This document shows positions 61,771 to 64,000 of a stretch of DNA of 64,000 nucleotides, piece after piece. The position numbers were made by a program, and so were the translations under genes. The DNA is from Eledone cirrhosa. Taxonomy: Eukaryota. The notes under the pieces are model-generated. The model was given only the letters and a program-made list of their open reading frames with translations. It ran no database searches and was not told the origin of the DNA. The DNA lies in assembly GCA_964016885.1 (NCBI GenBank), contig OZ024741.1, positions 330,336,001-330,400,000 on the forward strand, written 5' to 3'. Within the stretch, counting starts at the first letter, position 1. The number at the start of each line of letters is the position of its first letter.

Positions 61771-61986
61771 TATATATATATATTGCCCCACTCATGTGAT
61801 ATTTTTATTTTTATTTTTTTCCACCACTCCCCCCTCACACCATCTCGGAACTCCTCTCCTTCCCACCAAATCTCCCGATGAAGCGCTTATGCCCGAAACG
61901 TCGCGCCACCCCGCACTCTCAAGCATGAACCTAATACCTAACACCTTTCGTAACTGTACTCCTTGTTGTTGTTATTAACTTTTCCA

Positions 61987-62020
<34 letters not shown>

Positions 62021-62286
62021 GCACATCTCCCACCAGCCTGACCTCAAAACCATCCCATTGTCCACTGGCTGGAACAAGTGACCTAATTCTACACACTGCC
62101 CAGAACATTATTTAAATATTAACTAACTGACCAAAATGTAAAAAGCTTGAGAAAAACGAAACCGCAAGGTTCGCGATCAGGATTCTGCTTTTTTCCTATA
62201 TACCCACTCTGTATCTCATCAGGAATCGAGCACTGCCCTGATTTCTGGTCTTCCATGCCTTCACACGGCATGCACTACTCCCCCCC

Positions 62287-62351
<65 letters not shown>

Positions 62352-62502
62352 TAGAAGGGATATTTAATTTGTTGGAAATTCAACAAATATAAATGTTTAT
62401 AACTGATTCATAGCACTCGACATATATATAATATATATAATATGAAATATATATAATAGAATAAATAGGGTTTTATAAATATAGTTTCCATTTATTTAAT
62501 AC

Positions 62503-62567
<65 letters not shown>

Positions 62568-63183
62568 GGCTGCCCCTCGTTATCGAGTATGGCTAATGCA
62601 CGATATACCATTATTAATAATTATTAATTAATTCTATCGTGCAACGCCTGTGCGTGAAGATATTTTTTTAAGTGAGGAAACACTGTGCACTGAGCCAATC
62701 CCACTCTCTGAGCGACAGTAGCTATAACCCGAAAAGAAGAAAAGATCAATATCACTGGTAACTACTGAGCTGCAGGTTTTATATCGGAGTTATCCCAGTT
62801 TCCTGAGTTGCCTTCTCCTAGAAGAATGCCCCGAGAAAGGCTAGGGGTCCTTTACTCCTATATATATATATATACATACACACATACACGTAAATACACA
62901 CACAGGACAAGCTTCTGAAGTTTCTGTCTATCAAAATGTCCATCGCATGTCATTGTAGTGGGGTTGTCAACCCGGTGACTTATAGCAGAAGACACAAGAG
63001 AAGCCGAAACCCCACACACATGGTTATAAAAGCGAACTGCTTAACTACAATCATGCCTGTACATGGATACACACACACACTGTATTTCCGCTATTATAAG
63101 ACCCACTCAAAATTAAGTCCTACCATTATTTTTTATGTCGTTGTCCAATATTAGCCCTACCCCCGAAAATAAACCTTGATGCC

Positions 63184-63301
<118 letters not shown>

Positions 63302-63553
63302 TGTGTGTGTGTGTGTGTGTGTTAATATTAGACCTGTCTTTCTTTTTTCTTTGTAATATTATGACGACAGTTATGTTGACAAATAAAGTGTTTATTTAAA
63401 TATTATATAATTATATATAAGTGAAAACCCAAAGATAAAACTTCAAATCAATTTATTAACTTCTATGTTCGCATATATATATATATATATATATTTATAT
63501 GTGTGTGTGTGTGTTTATATAGGTGACTGAATGTGATGTGTCTGTGAGTGACG

Positions 63554-63619
<66 letters not shown>

Positions 63620-64000
63620 GTACGTAATAAGACCACCTGTGGTGTGTATTTTGTAGTCAAGTGTCAGTGAAGTACCGGTTCAATGTTATATAGTTAGTTA
63701 CTAGTGTTTCAGTTGTTTAGAACAATGACTGTACTTTGCTTTATCGCGATGGATGAACAACAAAACTGACCATTCTTTATCTTTGTCTCTTGGTCACCAG
63801 AACAAGTTACTCTGTTGGGTGTATATTTTCTATACCCTGTAATATCAACAGGTAGGTCAAGTATATATACATATATATATAATTTTAGATAGTATGTTTA
63901 TGTATAATCAACATAAAATGTTCACGGGTCCATATTCGCCTTTATTATATGAACCAAGCAGTGTTAGTGCTATCGGTAATATATAATGTGTGTACATCCC

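Overview
AT-rich, microsatellite-dense animal genomic DNA. The repeat complement (RTE LINEs with (GAT)n tails, tRNA-derived SINEs, Penelope-like elements, (TA)n/(CA)n/(GA)n tracts) and the C2H2 gene type suggest a cephalopod, probably Octopus; this is inference. There are two host genes, arranged head-to-head and each with an uninterrupted CDS: a C2H2 zinc-finger gene with a decapeptide repeat (13372-14772, minus) and the mRNA decapping cofactor DCP1 (23736-25577, plus). The rest is mostly transposon-derived: RTE LINEs, two Penelope-like elements (RT + GIY-YIG), a GC-rich CRE-clade RLE retrotransposon fragment, a mariner relic, and Tc2/Tigger/hAT/piggyBac-type MITEs. The most striking structure is a set of long fold-back (inverted-repeat) elements beside (TA)n tracts. 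Several carry minimal type-I hammerhead ribozyme cores (stem I-CUGAUGA-stem II-GAAA-short stem III-NUH), in two cases on both strands. The CRE fragment shows the same fold-back architecture through a 120-bp inverted duplication of its own 3' end. There is also a 13-copy tandem array of a SINE tRNA-like Pol III head. All coordinates were read by eye and may be off by a few bases.
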